Part shown: in pieces, positions 51,092 to 62,470 of the stretch
How the letters are laid out: every line of letters begins with the position of its first letter
Position numbering within the stretch: the first letter of the stretch is position 1
Assembly: GCA_024137785.1 (NCBI GenBank)
Contig: JAHRHZ010000058.1
Coordinates: 18,466,215-18,530,214, forward strand
DNA length: 64,000 bases
Reading direction: 5' to 3'
Source of the DNA: Ginglymostoma cirratum
Lineage: Eukaryota
Notes under the pieces: generated by a model
The model's input: only the letters and a program-made list of their open reading frames with translations
What the model was told of the DNA's origin: nothing
The model's database searches: none
Program-made: the position numbers and the translations under genes

Positions 51092-52289
51092 GTCATAAAC
51101 ATCAAAGGTGGGTCCAGCTGCAGCTTTAAGCTTCTCCTCTTTCTTCTGACCCACATTCCCTGAAACTAGTTTTCCTATCCATTGTAAAATAGCGCCAGAT
51201 AGGGTTTGAGATAAAGTTGAAAATCAAAAAGAGATTCAGACAAAATATAAACGCTTTGGAACAAAGGAAAGAGACAAGAACAGAAAAGAAAGTAGCATTT
51301 AAGGTCAGAGAGGAAGATGTACAAGAGACGGAGTGTGTGAGAATTCTATGTTCTAGGCAGAGCCTGAAAATGTAAAGCTTACATCACTCATGAGGATGTG
51401 AAATTGAAACTTGCCATCTTCGCTCCGAACCCAGCTGTGTAATAATGAGAGAAAATGGCTTCCACCACTTGCAGTTTTGGGGGGTGAATAAGTTACTGTT
51501 TCTCTCTTCAGGCCTGGAATATAACTCCATCAACGTGAGGCCCTACAAGGAGAAATGCATTAATCATGCATCGACTGATTCAACAACACCACCCATCTGG
51601 AATCAAAGTGAACTTCATTGTCAGGTCATTCTTTTTGCAATGACATTAAAAATGATGGCCTCAGGCATTCATGACCATTATATACTGCACACCAATAGAC
51701 TTCTTATCATGTCAGATACGCAAAGATGTGTAGACACAGACTCAAAACTCTCACCTGGGTTCACTATTTCTGCATCACTTTCATGCCTGACAAAGCATTG
51801 AAGCTGTCACATCCTCACATTGAACTGTAAATATGCAAGGATGTGGTCTGTGATGTTCAAGGGGTGCTTTATTTTTGGAGGGGTGAGATATCACGATGGA
51901 TAACTATCCGGAAATCACTCCCCCATTGTGGGTTTAGCCATTATGATCTGAAACATCCAACTGGATAAGGTTACCTAGCTCAGAGCTTCATACTGCAGCA
52001 TGACCTTGGCCTCTCTGCGAAATTTCCATAGCACAATGTGTCAGTGCCGAACATGGCACTTCATAACGATGGATGCAAAGACTCAGAAGTACCATTGCTG
52101 ATATGCTATTCAATTCCTGCAGATCATCAGCTCACACGTTGTAGATAGAACCTGCAGTTGGATGATCCCTGTGCTTGGTTGCAAACCCAACAACAGCATT
52201 GGAGAAGAGAGCAATTACAATGCTGTGGCCAAGAACAGCAATCCCCAGAGGCTGCTGCACAGCCTCCTGAGGGAGAAGCAGCAGCTGAA

Positions 52290-52590
52290 GATCCACCACG
52301 GAAGTGGAGGAGGCTGACCAGCCCCTGAATCTACAGGCCTCCCTGTTATTTTCTAAAGCCCTCAGAAACCCAGTGTAGGTGCAGACTAATAATTTCCAAG
52401 GCCATCATCACCAACCGTGTCATCTTCTGGAACAGAACATGAGCTCAGAAGGACTGGGAGTCCATCCCTCCCTGATGGTTCACAAAGTGGTATATACCCT
52501 GGATTTTTATACCAATGGCTTGTTCCAAGGAACAACTCCCGATCTTCCAATACATCTCTAATGTCACTGATGCCATTTTCTTTAGATGAC
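52290..52590 (+). mobile_element. PIF/Harbinger transposase N-terminal relic
   Basis: CHLLEQNMSSEGLGVHPSLMVHKVVYTLDFYTNGLFQGTTPDL followed by NVTDAIF resembles the HARBI1-type KVxxALxFYxxGSFQ...VTxAL helix-turn-helix region; frameshifted. Confidence 0.65.
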
Positions 52591-52909
52591 TGCTGTTACC
52601 CACAAGGTGTTAGTAAGTGTGGATGAACTGTGAAGGACAGAAACCACCACAATCCCTTCACATTGCATTTGGCCTCAGCGCTGCCCATATCTAAAATGTA
52701 GCATGTTGGTTTCAGTCCTTAAAGTGATCATTCTTTGTGACAACTAGCAATGGTCACAGGGTTGTTGTTAGACTAGCTTCTAATTCCAGTCCTTTTATGC
52801 AATTCCATTCAATTTCATTGGAATCAATTGTTGCATCTAAGTCCCCTTGGGGATTTTATTATGTTAAACGTGCTATTTAAATGTAAGTTGATATTCTTTT
52901 CTGTATTAC

Positions 52910-53200
52910 AAGGTAAGCTGAGGTCCTGTTTGTGCCCTTGGGTGAAATGTATAATATCCATTAGCAAAATACAAGGATCAGTGGAGATCTCCTGCTCTTA
53001 AGACCAATATTTATCCTGTGACCAACATTATTAAAACCAGATTATCCAGCCTTTCATCTCACTGTGTTTGTAGAACGTTACCGTGCATGAATTAGCCATC
53101 ACAATTTGGCCACAGTTCTAGACTTCAAAAATACTTCGTTGGCAAAATGTTCTGTAACATCCTGAAAGCATGAACATGTTATATAAATGCACGTTCTTTT
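52910..53200 (+). mobile_element. Ancient Deu-domain (SacSINE1/AmnSINE-type) SINE remnant
   Basis: gaggtcctg...ccaatatttatcc...cagattatc...gacttcaaaaatacttcgttgg...tatataaatgca; paralogous to 53700-54330. Confidence 0.6.
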
Positions 53201-53699
53201 ATAAAAAGGTGCAAGTTAGTCTCTCTCATTTTGAATTAGAATATGTTTACGAATGTATGAGCAGCGTCTAAAAATCTAACGATTAATCTGATCTGAGAGA
53301 TCTGAAAGGACAGTTTTGATCTAAAACGCCTTGCATATTTAATTAGCATGTTGATGGCTACAGGTAGCAGCTTTTCCAAGAGATGGCAGTCTTGTACACT
53401 GTACAGTCACATGAAGCCGAGTAATGTTAAATGCAATTCCTTCTTGGCTAACTCTGAGGCCTACGCGTGCAGAAAATATTTTTTTAATGTCAATTCCTTA
53501 TTGTTACAACTTCTAAAACACCTCTTGTATTTATTTGATACCATTTGGAACCAATTCTCTGCTGATCAATGCCTGATTCTCCACTGTGAAATGCCTTGAG
53601 ATATTTTCTGCATTAAAGTGTGTCAGCACTTTTTTACCACTGAACTGTCAGTCTAACTTATGTGCTCAAATCCTGTGACTATATGGACTCTCAAACTTC

Positions 53700-54330
53700 A
53701 TACCCAGAGGGATACCATCTGAGATTCTTCAGGTAAGATGTTAAACCAAAGCCCTGTCTGCTCTCTAATATGGTTGTAAAAGATTCAATGACACAATTTT
53801 GAAAAAAAGCAGGTACTACCCCCCTACCTACACTCACCTTTACTGGCTCCATCCCCGCCTCTTCGACTTGTCTGCCTCCTCTCCACCTATCCTCTCCTCT
53901 ATCCATCCTCTATCCGCCTCCCCCTCTCTCCCTATTTATTTCAGAACCCTCTTCCCCTCCCCCATTTCTGATGAAGGGTTTAGGCCCGAAACGTCAAGTT
54001 TTCCTGCTCCTCTGATGCTGCTTGACCTGCTGTGTTCATCCAGCCCCATGCTTGTCATCTCGGATTCTCCAGCATCTGCAGTACCTTTTATCTCTGGGGA
54101 AATTATTTCTATTGCCCTAGCCAATATTTATCCCCCCAATCAACATCACAGAAACAGATTATCTGGCCATTATTATATGCTGTTTATTGGAATTTGCTGC
54201 ACTTAAATTAGATGTTGTATTTCTTATATTAACTGGCTGTACTCCAAAAATATTTCATTGGTTATAATGTGCTTAGTGACATCCTGAGGTCCTGAAAGAC
54301 ACGATATAAACGCACATCTTTCTGTTCTTT
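53700..54330 (+). mobile_element. Deu-domain SINE remnant interrupted by a PLE end
   Basis: agatgttaaaccaaagccctgtctgctctc...gccaatatttatccc...cagattatctgg...gacatcctgaggt...tataaacgca. Confidence 0.62.
53815..54095 (+). mobile_element. PLE 3' end (pyrimidine-rich UTR, intact hammerhead, tail)
   Basis: CTGATGA-A-GGGT-ttag-GCCC-GAAACGTC at 53968-53995; nearly identical to the arms at 29.9-30.1 kb. Confidence 0.85.
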
Positions 54331-55769
54331 CACTCATTTAAGAGCATATTTCAGAATACAGAGAATCAACACACTCTAAAGGGTAGGAAAAGGTCCAAAG
54401 AGGGACTCGCCATCTAACCCAAAGTTAAAGATTGTCTCAAATTCAAAGGAAACGCATCTAAGCGTGGAAAGAGGTGTCAGGTCTGAAGGTTGGACAGAAT
54501 GCGTGTGTGTTTTGGAGCAATCATTGCCCTGATTTGTATATGCGAATAAACCGTATTTCTGATTTTACTCCAAAGAGAGTCTGTTGTGGATTACTTTAAA
54601 AATTGCACTTCACAAACATAGGGTTCTGGGGAAACATGCCCCTGCCTGTTTTAATAGATTAATAAAAGCCTTTCTGCTTATGGGCAGAAGGTGCTAAGAA
54701 TGAAACAGCTCAATTTACCTCTGTCCCCTGAACATGATATCATATTGTATGTGTCATGCTTTTGGATTATGCTCATTCTTCTGATCACAGAGCTAGCTCT
54801 AAAAGATATGCACAAACAGTGCATTAGTGAGCTCTATCTTTATGACTAATGTCTGAGTAATAATGTACCTTGGCTGGTTTCTTTCCGACAATGAGTGAGT
54901 GTGATCATTTACACGTGTTGTGTTAAACATTGTCTTTTGTGTTTATCACTTGGTGACTTTGGTTATTCTCCTCGAATTGGCTCTGGTATGTTAGAATTAT
55001 TCTGACTGAAGGAGTTCTGGCAGCTAGTTTTGGGTCTATTCTAAATTGTGCAAACTCCTGCTGTCTTCCCAGTTTCAATGACAACTGGTCCAAAAAGCTT
55101 AGTAACGGATTCACTTGTACCCTCAGATCTACTACCCAGTTACTTACATTTCTCAAAGTAACTGTGATCACCCTCACTGCTGTTAACTACTTAGGCTGTG
55201 AATGCCCTACTGGTTTGACTGCATTTTAAATTTCAGTTATAATCTGCTTCTTGACTGAAACGTCACTCTCCTGGGCCAAAGAAAATTTTTCCACCATTTT
55301 TCCTTCTTTTGATGACTCCCAACTTTTCAACCATGTTTTCTACCCCCACAACAGATTCTGTACACCTCCTGAACACTCATTCCCCTGAAGATATTTCCAT
55401 CAATGTAACCTTCAATATTCAACCCTCAAAACTTTCTGCACTTCACTGTGCCCTTCATACCTCTATATGAAATTGAGAAATCATTTGCCAGTTCTCAGTA
55501 TGGATATTGTACTTATATCAACTTGATCCTGCCACTGTGCTTTTAACTTTTATTCTGAATTCCTTCCTTTTGTCTCTTCCCTGTTTCACATTTATGATCA
55601 GGATAAATGTTTTGTTAGTCTAATCTCGCTAGATAACAATTAGCTATGTATTGTCCTTTCCTGTGCCCACTTGTGTGCTTGCTTTGACTGCCACTTCCGG
55701 TCTTTTGGCTCTAATCCTGCAGACCTCCATCTGATCCAACTCAACCCCTATAGGTCTGACAATATGGAC

Positions 55770-56800
55770 TCTGGCACAAGATCAGCTTTCTTAGCCCCTT
55801 GCTGCATTTCCCTCCAGAAAGTCCATTCTGTTGTGAACACAACCCTTGTCGTTTATGAATTTATCATGAATGATTATGTCAACATTGGAGTCTTAATTTA
55901 AACCTGACAGAAGAGTGATGACAGCTTTGGCCTAAATGAAGCTTCCCAACCTGGCTGCACCCTCCACCACTTGCGCTGTTAACACTGTGGTATTGGTGTG
56001 ATGACTCCTATCATCTAATAATGCATTGGTCTAACCCCCCCATATACGTGGCATTTTCTCCACTGTTGAACAGCTCACTTTGTTCCACCCTTCACTTTCC
56101 TTTTAAAATCCTTGTTCTGTATTGTCAATTCAAATATCACAACAACTTTTTCAATAAGCTATCTCCATTGCTTTCATTCCTCAGTGTCTACCGTAAATGA
56201 TCTCTAATTCTCAGTGACTTTAATCTCTATCTAAGTCCATCATGTTTTCTCTCCTTTCTTAATTCACTACATGCTTGTCATCCCATGGCCTCTAGTTCTA
56301 TTTGAATATCTTTGCGTCACCTTCATGGCCGCCCACATAACCTGACCATCTTGATGACACTCCTTCCATTGTGTCAATCACAAATAGGGCCAGGTTTGAT
56401 CCATTCCTTGTATGTCTCTCAATTCCTTGCCCAACCAACCCCATCCCACACAACCATTCCCTGTCCTCACCCAGTCCTACTTCCTACTTTGTCCATCCTT
56501 GGCAAAAGCTGTACCCCAATTCATTTTCTACTGCAGTTTCAAATTCTGCTTCTAGCTTTATTTGTCCACTCACTCTTGTATTTTTGTAGTCACCAATTCG
56601 GTCAATGGCACCTTGATCTCCACAATTCATACCCTAGTCTCCAGCGAAACCGTAACTCTCCCTCACTCTGCTCTGACCAGCACAGCCCTCATCACCACTC
56701 ACTTATGTCCCAGGAGGACCAAGGTAAGTTATCCCTCCACATGCTCCTCAACATGTCTCCAGCCTTTTACAACCATTCAGCCCCTTGAATCTGCTCTGTC
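55770..56800 (+). mobile_element. Ancient L2 LINE endonuclease region
   Basis: SLQKVHSVVNTTLVVYEFIMNDYVNIGVLI resembles the L2 APE start (NVRSL...DILALTETW); later decayed HGRPHNL and SDHF-like motifs. Confidence 0.55.
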
Positions 56801-56809
56801 ATTCAACTA

Positions 56810-57185
56810 GATTATGACTGATCATCAAACTCCACATATTTTTCCTGCGCAATCCCCATATCCCTTGGTATGCTTAATATCTGTCTTGAAATTACACGAA
56901 GATCAAGAAGCCACAGCCCTGTGGGATAGACAATTCTGATTCACCATTCCTGTGAGTGAAGAAATTCTTCCACATCTCAATTTTGAATGGTCTACATCCT
57001 AACCTGAAATTGTGTTTCCTTGCTCTAGCACTCCTCGTGCCAGGGTGAATAACCATTCCTGAATCTACCCTGTCGACTATTTTGCATCCTTCAATGAGAT
57101 GATATCTCATTGTTTTAATCTCTAGGAGAAATAGGTTCGATCTCCTCAATATTGCCTCATGGGATAGTCTTGCCATCCCAGTTAC
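56810..57185 (-). mobile_element. CR1 3' fragment
   Basis: LSHEAILRR...MRYHLIEGCKI...RKHNFRL...KNFFTHR on the minus strand. Confidence 0.75.
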
Positions 57186-58550
57186 ACTCCCAGTTACGAA
57201 GTATTATGTAGCTCAGTGGTGGATTTTACTTAATTAAAGCTGTTGTCAAGCATATTGGGATATTTTAAAGGTGCTATACAAATTCAAATTGAGTAGACTG
57301 GATATAAGTACAATAGTTGCATAGTATCTAAATTATGATGATACATTTTTAGAGCAGTGTGGTTTTATTGAATTTCTTTCTTTAGAGAGTTGTTGGGACA
57401 AACAGGCGCCAGTAAATACTGATGTTACATATACTGAATGCTGCTATAGCAATAAGTAAAATTTCCATCATGATGATTTCACTGCAATATCATTTGGATG
57501 CTTTGCCCATATTTAGGCATATGTATATCAGTGACTGGCATTACTGTTGGGTGAGAATCCCTGATAGAGTCAGATTGAGTTGTCCTTTCCTGCCGAAGTG
57601 ATATCAAAAAGTCTGTGTGGCTGAATCCTGAGTATCCACTCGGTATGTTTATGTTGAAGAAAGCTAACCATAACAGATTGTATTTTATCCCAGTTAATAA
57701 CCTAAACTCCAAAAGTGAAGTTGTAACTCCAAAAATGAGTACATTTGCTTTTCACCACACCCTTGTCAACCATTCAAGGTATCAATGGACTTTAGCAAAA
57801 ACAAATGAAGTGAGCTGCACACTATTTACATATCAGAGCTGCGTGACTTTGATATGGAGCTGAAAGGACCCACCTATATTCAGTATGTTGTATGATGAGC
57901 TGTGGACAGTTTAGCTTTTGAGAAGTTAAACTTTTCATGTCGGAACAAAATCAGGTTTGGTTTGAACAAATATGACACTCCTTTCTGGACAGCTGTGCAA
58001 ATAGAACCTTTTGATCTAGTGAGTATAGGTTAGCAGGGCTCCAATTGAAGGCTGATGTGATTGAGCTGGATGATGACAAATCACACGAACACTTCCAGTT
58101 TGCTGTACTCAACGGTCTATCACTCATTTTCCAATGGAAAGAGGGTATTTTTAAGAACAATATCTTGGTGTATGCAGCCAGACATAATGTCCTGTTCAAA
58201 GCTTTTGGGAATAAGTGACAGGAACTTCCTGTGAACATCTGAGCAAAACAAGGAATAATATTTCACATCCCCATGATCAGGGAAGGCACATTACCCTATG
58301 CTCCCTATCCCCATGAGCTGCCCCTCCATCGACATGAAAATGACAGATTAAAGGAAGCTTCCAAGTAGTGACAAAGATTATTTATTCACTTTATCTATTG
58401 TCAAGCAGTTTTTTTCAAATAAAAATTGATTTGCTGGACTTTAATGATTTGATTTGCTGTGTCCTGCTCATATTTCTTCCATTGTAAATACATACTGGAC
58501 TGAATTTTTCAAAGAGTGGCAATCTCACAAAGATTGTGACTGTATCCCTT

Positions 58551-59589
58551 AATAAAAACTGAAAGAACTGCGGATGCTGTAAATCAGAGACAAAAATAGA
58601 AAAGCCCAGCAGGTCTGGCAGCATCTATGGAGAGAAATCAGAGTTAATATTTCGGATTGAGTGACCCTTCCTCAGAACTGTTGGTGGCTAGGAAAGTGTC
58701 AGTTTATATGCAAGAGATAGGGCGGGGGTGGAAGTTAAGAAGTAAACGATAGGTGAGGATGGAGCCCAAAGAGAGGGAAGAGCAGTTAGACAGACAAAGG
58801 AATGGATAACGATCTGGCTAGGAGGATGAATAGCTGTTAATGGGGACTGTTAGTGGCTAACAATGGGTTGTATGTAATAAGACCCTGAGCTTCCATGTCA
58901 ACACATTGCCCTGTTCCCTTGCCAACACCTCTGTCTCAGAACAAAAAGAAAGTTGCTGGAAAAGCTTAGCAGGTCTGGCAGCATCTGTGAAGGAGAAAAC
59001 AGAGTTAATGTTTCGGGTCCAGTGACCTTTCCTCAGAACTTGTTCTCAGAAGTAACTTTGTTTTTGTTCTTGATTTACACCATCCGCAGTTCTTTTGGTT
59101 TTTACCTCTGTCTCAGGTTTGCTGTGATGCTTCAGCGAATCTCAGCCCAAACTGGAAGAACAGCACCTCATCTTCCACCTGGGGACCCTGCAGCCTTCTG
59201 GACTCAAAATTGAATTCAATACCTTTAGGGCTTGAGCTCTCCCATGTCCTTACCCAAAGCCCCACACACCAGGCCTTGTTATCGCAGTCTCCTCTTACAC
59301 ACAACCTATTGTTAACCACTAACAGTCCCCATTAATAGCTATTCACCCTCCTTTCTAGATTGTTATCCAAACCTTTGTCTGGTTAGCTGCTGTTTTCTCT
59401 CTTTGGGCTCTATCCCCACCTATCATTTACTTCTTACCCCCTCCCCCCATCCCTACTTCTACATATAAACTGGCATTTTCCTAGCTACCATCAGTCCTGA
59501 GGAAGGGTCACTCGATCAGAACCGTTAACTCTGATTTCTCTCCACAGATGCAGCTAGACCTGCTGAGCTTTACCAGCATTTTCTATTTT
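58551..59589. mobile_element. Penelope-like element: inverted terminal arms flanking the GIY-YIG endonuclease C-terminus
   Basis: Arms ~58590-58882 and ~59295-59589 are reverse complements. KLEEQHLIFHLGTLQPSGLKIEFNTFRA* at ~59149-59235. 14-bp TSD tgact[g/a]tatccctt (58537-58550 / 59590-59603). Confidence 0.88.
58940..59103. mobile_element. Short PLE insert nested inside a related PLE
   Basis: Perfect 13-bp TSD acctctgtctcag (58927-58939 / 59104-59116); minus-strand hammerhead arm plus an inverted tail piece. Confidence 0.82.
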
Positions 59590-59910
59590 TGACTATATCC
59601 CTTTGTTACAAAAAGAAAGAGCTCGGCAAATCTGACAAAAGTTGAGTCTGCAGCAGTTGAAGTTAGGGTGATATCAGGTGTAGAGTGGGTTTTTGGGCTC
59701 AGAGCAGACAAAGGAGTGTTGGGCCCTGTAGATATTAGCCCAATATTTGCAGAGTTACATTAAACAAAATGAAATGAGAAGGAAAGAGAACACATGAAAC
59801 CTGATGATGAACTAACGATGAGAAAAGTGACAGGTTTTGAGGTATACTTGTCTGAAGGAATATGTGTGTGATTAATTAAATCCTGTAACTCAACAGTAAT
59901 GGCGGTGAAA

Positions 59911-60007
59911 TGGGATGTTGGGTTTAGAGTGGATTGACTGGGATGCTGGGCATGGAGTGGGTGGAGTGGGATGTTGGGTTTAGAGCGGGATGTTGGGTTT
60001 AAAGTGG
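59911..60007 (+). repeat. Degenerate G-rich repeat (gggatgttgggtttagag, ~3 copies)
   Basis: Direct copies at ~59912, ~59968 and ~59987. Confidence 0.7.
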
Positions 60008-61165
60008 TTGGGTGAAATCAGGTCCTGGGGGAGATCATGGTGTCAGGTCTGGATGGTATAAGCGGTCTGGAGAAGGTGTGGCCTGGGTGTGAGAGGTATG
60101 ATTGGAGTGATTTTGCTAGTTATTCTGGAGTTAGTGTTTTCATTTGGCTTACTTTTCTTGCGTAGTTATTTACTTAGTTTCAAAGGAATATTTTGACTGA
60201 TCCGATTTAAATGGAGAATTTAAGAGGATTCCAGGTATAGGGGAATTGCCCAGTGGGATCTCCAAGTTCCTAGCGATTCTGCAGGGTTCTGATGTACAAT
60301 TCCCATTTACACTGGAGTAATGACTGTCTGCCCATTGGAAAATATGGGCCATAGTGTCTCTAATCTCTTTGCTTGTGTGTCTTGTTTATATTTGTGGCGA
60401 AACATCATGGGTCTGAACATATCCAGGGTTTTCGGTGTTGGTGGGTAGGTTGCCCATCTGCTGGAGTGTATATGTTCCACTCTTGCTCCTCATGCATTTT
60501 CTAGGGGAAAATGCTCACTCTATGCAGACAATAGACATCTGTATACAGTCACCGTCAGATCCATGTGAGTGGGCCTCACCCACCATGCGCCCACGGTCCT
60601 TATTTTTCAATTACAATGAACTGCCAGAACCTCTGCTCCTCTTGAAGAAACTTGTTGTGTTTGTACACACAGGACTCTTTGCCTCATGAGCAGCGATTGT
60701 CAGGTAACTGCCAGAAAGGGCAATGGGGCAGAGATGATTCTGATTGTAAGAGGCAAAGTGTTGTGGTGATGGGGTAGCACTCCCACATTGTGGGATTTTT
60801 TGTTATTTTCCTTGATGTTAGAACTACAGAACGGAAAGCTAAACATTGGAGGCTGGAGGACCCATACCCATTGAACACAGTACAATGGCAGGAAGCGATC
60901 TTAAATCTGACATTAGGTTTCTTCACTGCAGTTGATTAATGATTGGTTTTGTGGCCACCTATGATAGCTGACAAAGCTCCTGTCCCAATATGAGTTTGGT
61001 ATATTCCAGGCACATTTAGTGTGAATCATATCACAATGAATTTGCTTGTTTTTGTCCATATTTTCTGCCCAAAACAGAGGCTTAGTCTAGTTCCATTTTC
61101 TCCTCCTTTTTTATATTCATTTAGCTCTCATTCTTCCCCCTTTTGTATTATATACATGTCAATTT

Positions 61166-62226
61166 ATGTTGTGGGGGTGCAGGTGTTGGACTAGGGTGGA
61201 CAAGGTCAGAAGTTACATGATACCAGGTTTTGGTCCAACAGGTTTATTTGAAATCACAAGCTTTCGTAGCCTTGCCCCGTCTTCAGTTGAAGTGAAGAAA
61301 AGCAGACAGCCACAGAACTTATAGGTAGAGAGATCAAAAGATCGTACAAATGGTGTGAGTGGAGTGTCGACAGTCTTAATAACAAGTCTCTGCAGGTGAT
61401 CAAAAGTGTTAGATGGTGGTGAATAAAGTGTGAACGGCTGAATAGCAAGCAAAGGAATGACATATGATCTGATTAATTGAGACAGAGATTATAACTACAA
61501 AAAATAGAAATAAAATAGTGCTGGAGACAAACCAAATAACTGGAATATCATGATAGGTAGCAGAGTTGCATGCCAAGGGTCTAACCAAAATAATAAGTAT
61601 ACCAAAACTGTACAAACTAATTAGGGTGGAGAGATCATAACAAGTCACCAAGGTGATGGTGTCAAAACAGGACAGTAGGGAAGATTTTACAGACACAGAA
61701 CAGTGTGGTGGGATCACATGTAAAGTGACATGAACCCAAGATCATGGTTGAAGAATACTTCACGGGTACGGAGCTTGGCTATCAGTTTCTGCTCAACCAC
61801 TCTGCGTTGTTGTGTATCTCAAAGGTTGCCTTGGAGGACACTTACCCGAAGATCAGAGGCTGAATGTCTTTGACTGCTGAAGTGTTCCCCGACTGGGAGG
61901 GAACATTCTTGTCTGGTGATTGTTACACGGTGTCCATTAATTGGTTTTCATAATCTGATCATAGGTCGTTCCTTCACTTGCTATTCAGTTGGTGACACTT
62001 CACTGACACTGCCTGACACTTTTGATCACCTGCAGAGACTTGTTATCCAGCCTGTCGACACTTCACTCACACCATTTGTACAATCTTTTGATCTCTCTGC
62101 CTGTAAATTCTGTGCCTGTGTGTTTTTCTTCACTTCATCCAATGAACGAGCAGTGCTTTGAAAGCTTGTGATTTCAGATAAACCTGATGGACTATAACCT
62201 GCTGTCTTGTGACTTCTGACCTTGTC
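61166..62226. mobile_element. Third Penelope family: minus-strand GIY-YIG C-terminus and UTR, with an inverted second arm
   Basis: Minus strand reads NGHRVTITRQECSLPVGEHFSSQRHSASDLRVSVLQG...EQKLIAK. Arms ~61200-61450 and ~61970-62226 are inverted. Possible TSD tgtcaattt (61157-61165 / 62223-62231). Hammerhead CTGAAGA...GAAAGCTT. Confidence 0.87.
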
Positions 62227-62367
62227 AATTTTTTACCTTTAAATCATCTCCCGTCCTCCACAGTTCAAAATGGTCACTCCCCTTTTTCTGTGTGTGGTCA
62301 TTGTATCTTTCATTTCCATTCCTTTCCCCTTCCTATTTTTTTCTTTGTTTTAATGTTATACATCTGT

Positions 62368-62470
62368 AATCCTGAAGAAGGGTTCTGTAACAGAAACATT
62401 GACTTGTGTTCCCTGCGGATGTTGCCTGACCCTGTTGAGCCTTCGCTGTAGTTTTTGTTTTTGTTTCAGA
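62368..62470 (+). mobile_element. Decayed PLE end with a hammerhead remnant
   Basis: aatc-CTGAAGA-agggttctgtaaca-GAAACATT-gactt...gatgttgcctgaccctgttgag...tttttgtttcag. Confidence 0.6.

Noticed and set aside
54360-54615. Possible solo-LTR remnant (AATAAA then ...ttcaca)
   Set aside because: No second copy, clear TG start or TSD; too weak to call.
60435-60689. Signal-peptide-like ORF as LAMC2 exon 1
   Set aside because: Starts at GTG with no suitable upstream ATG, has no promoter features and shows no laminin similarity.
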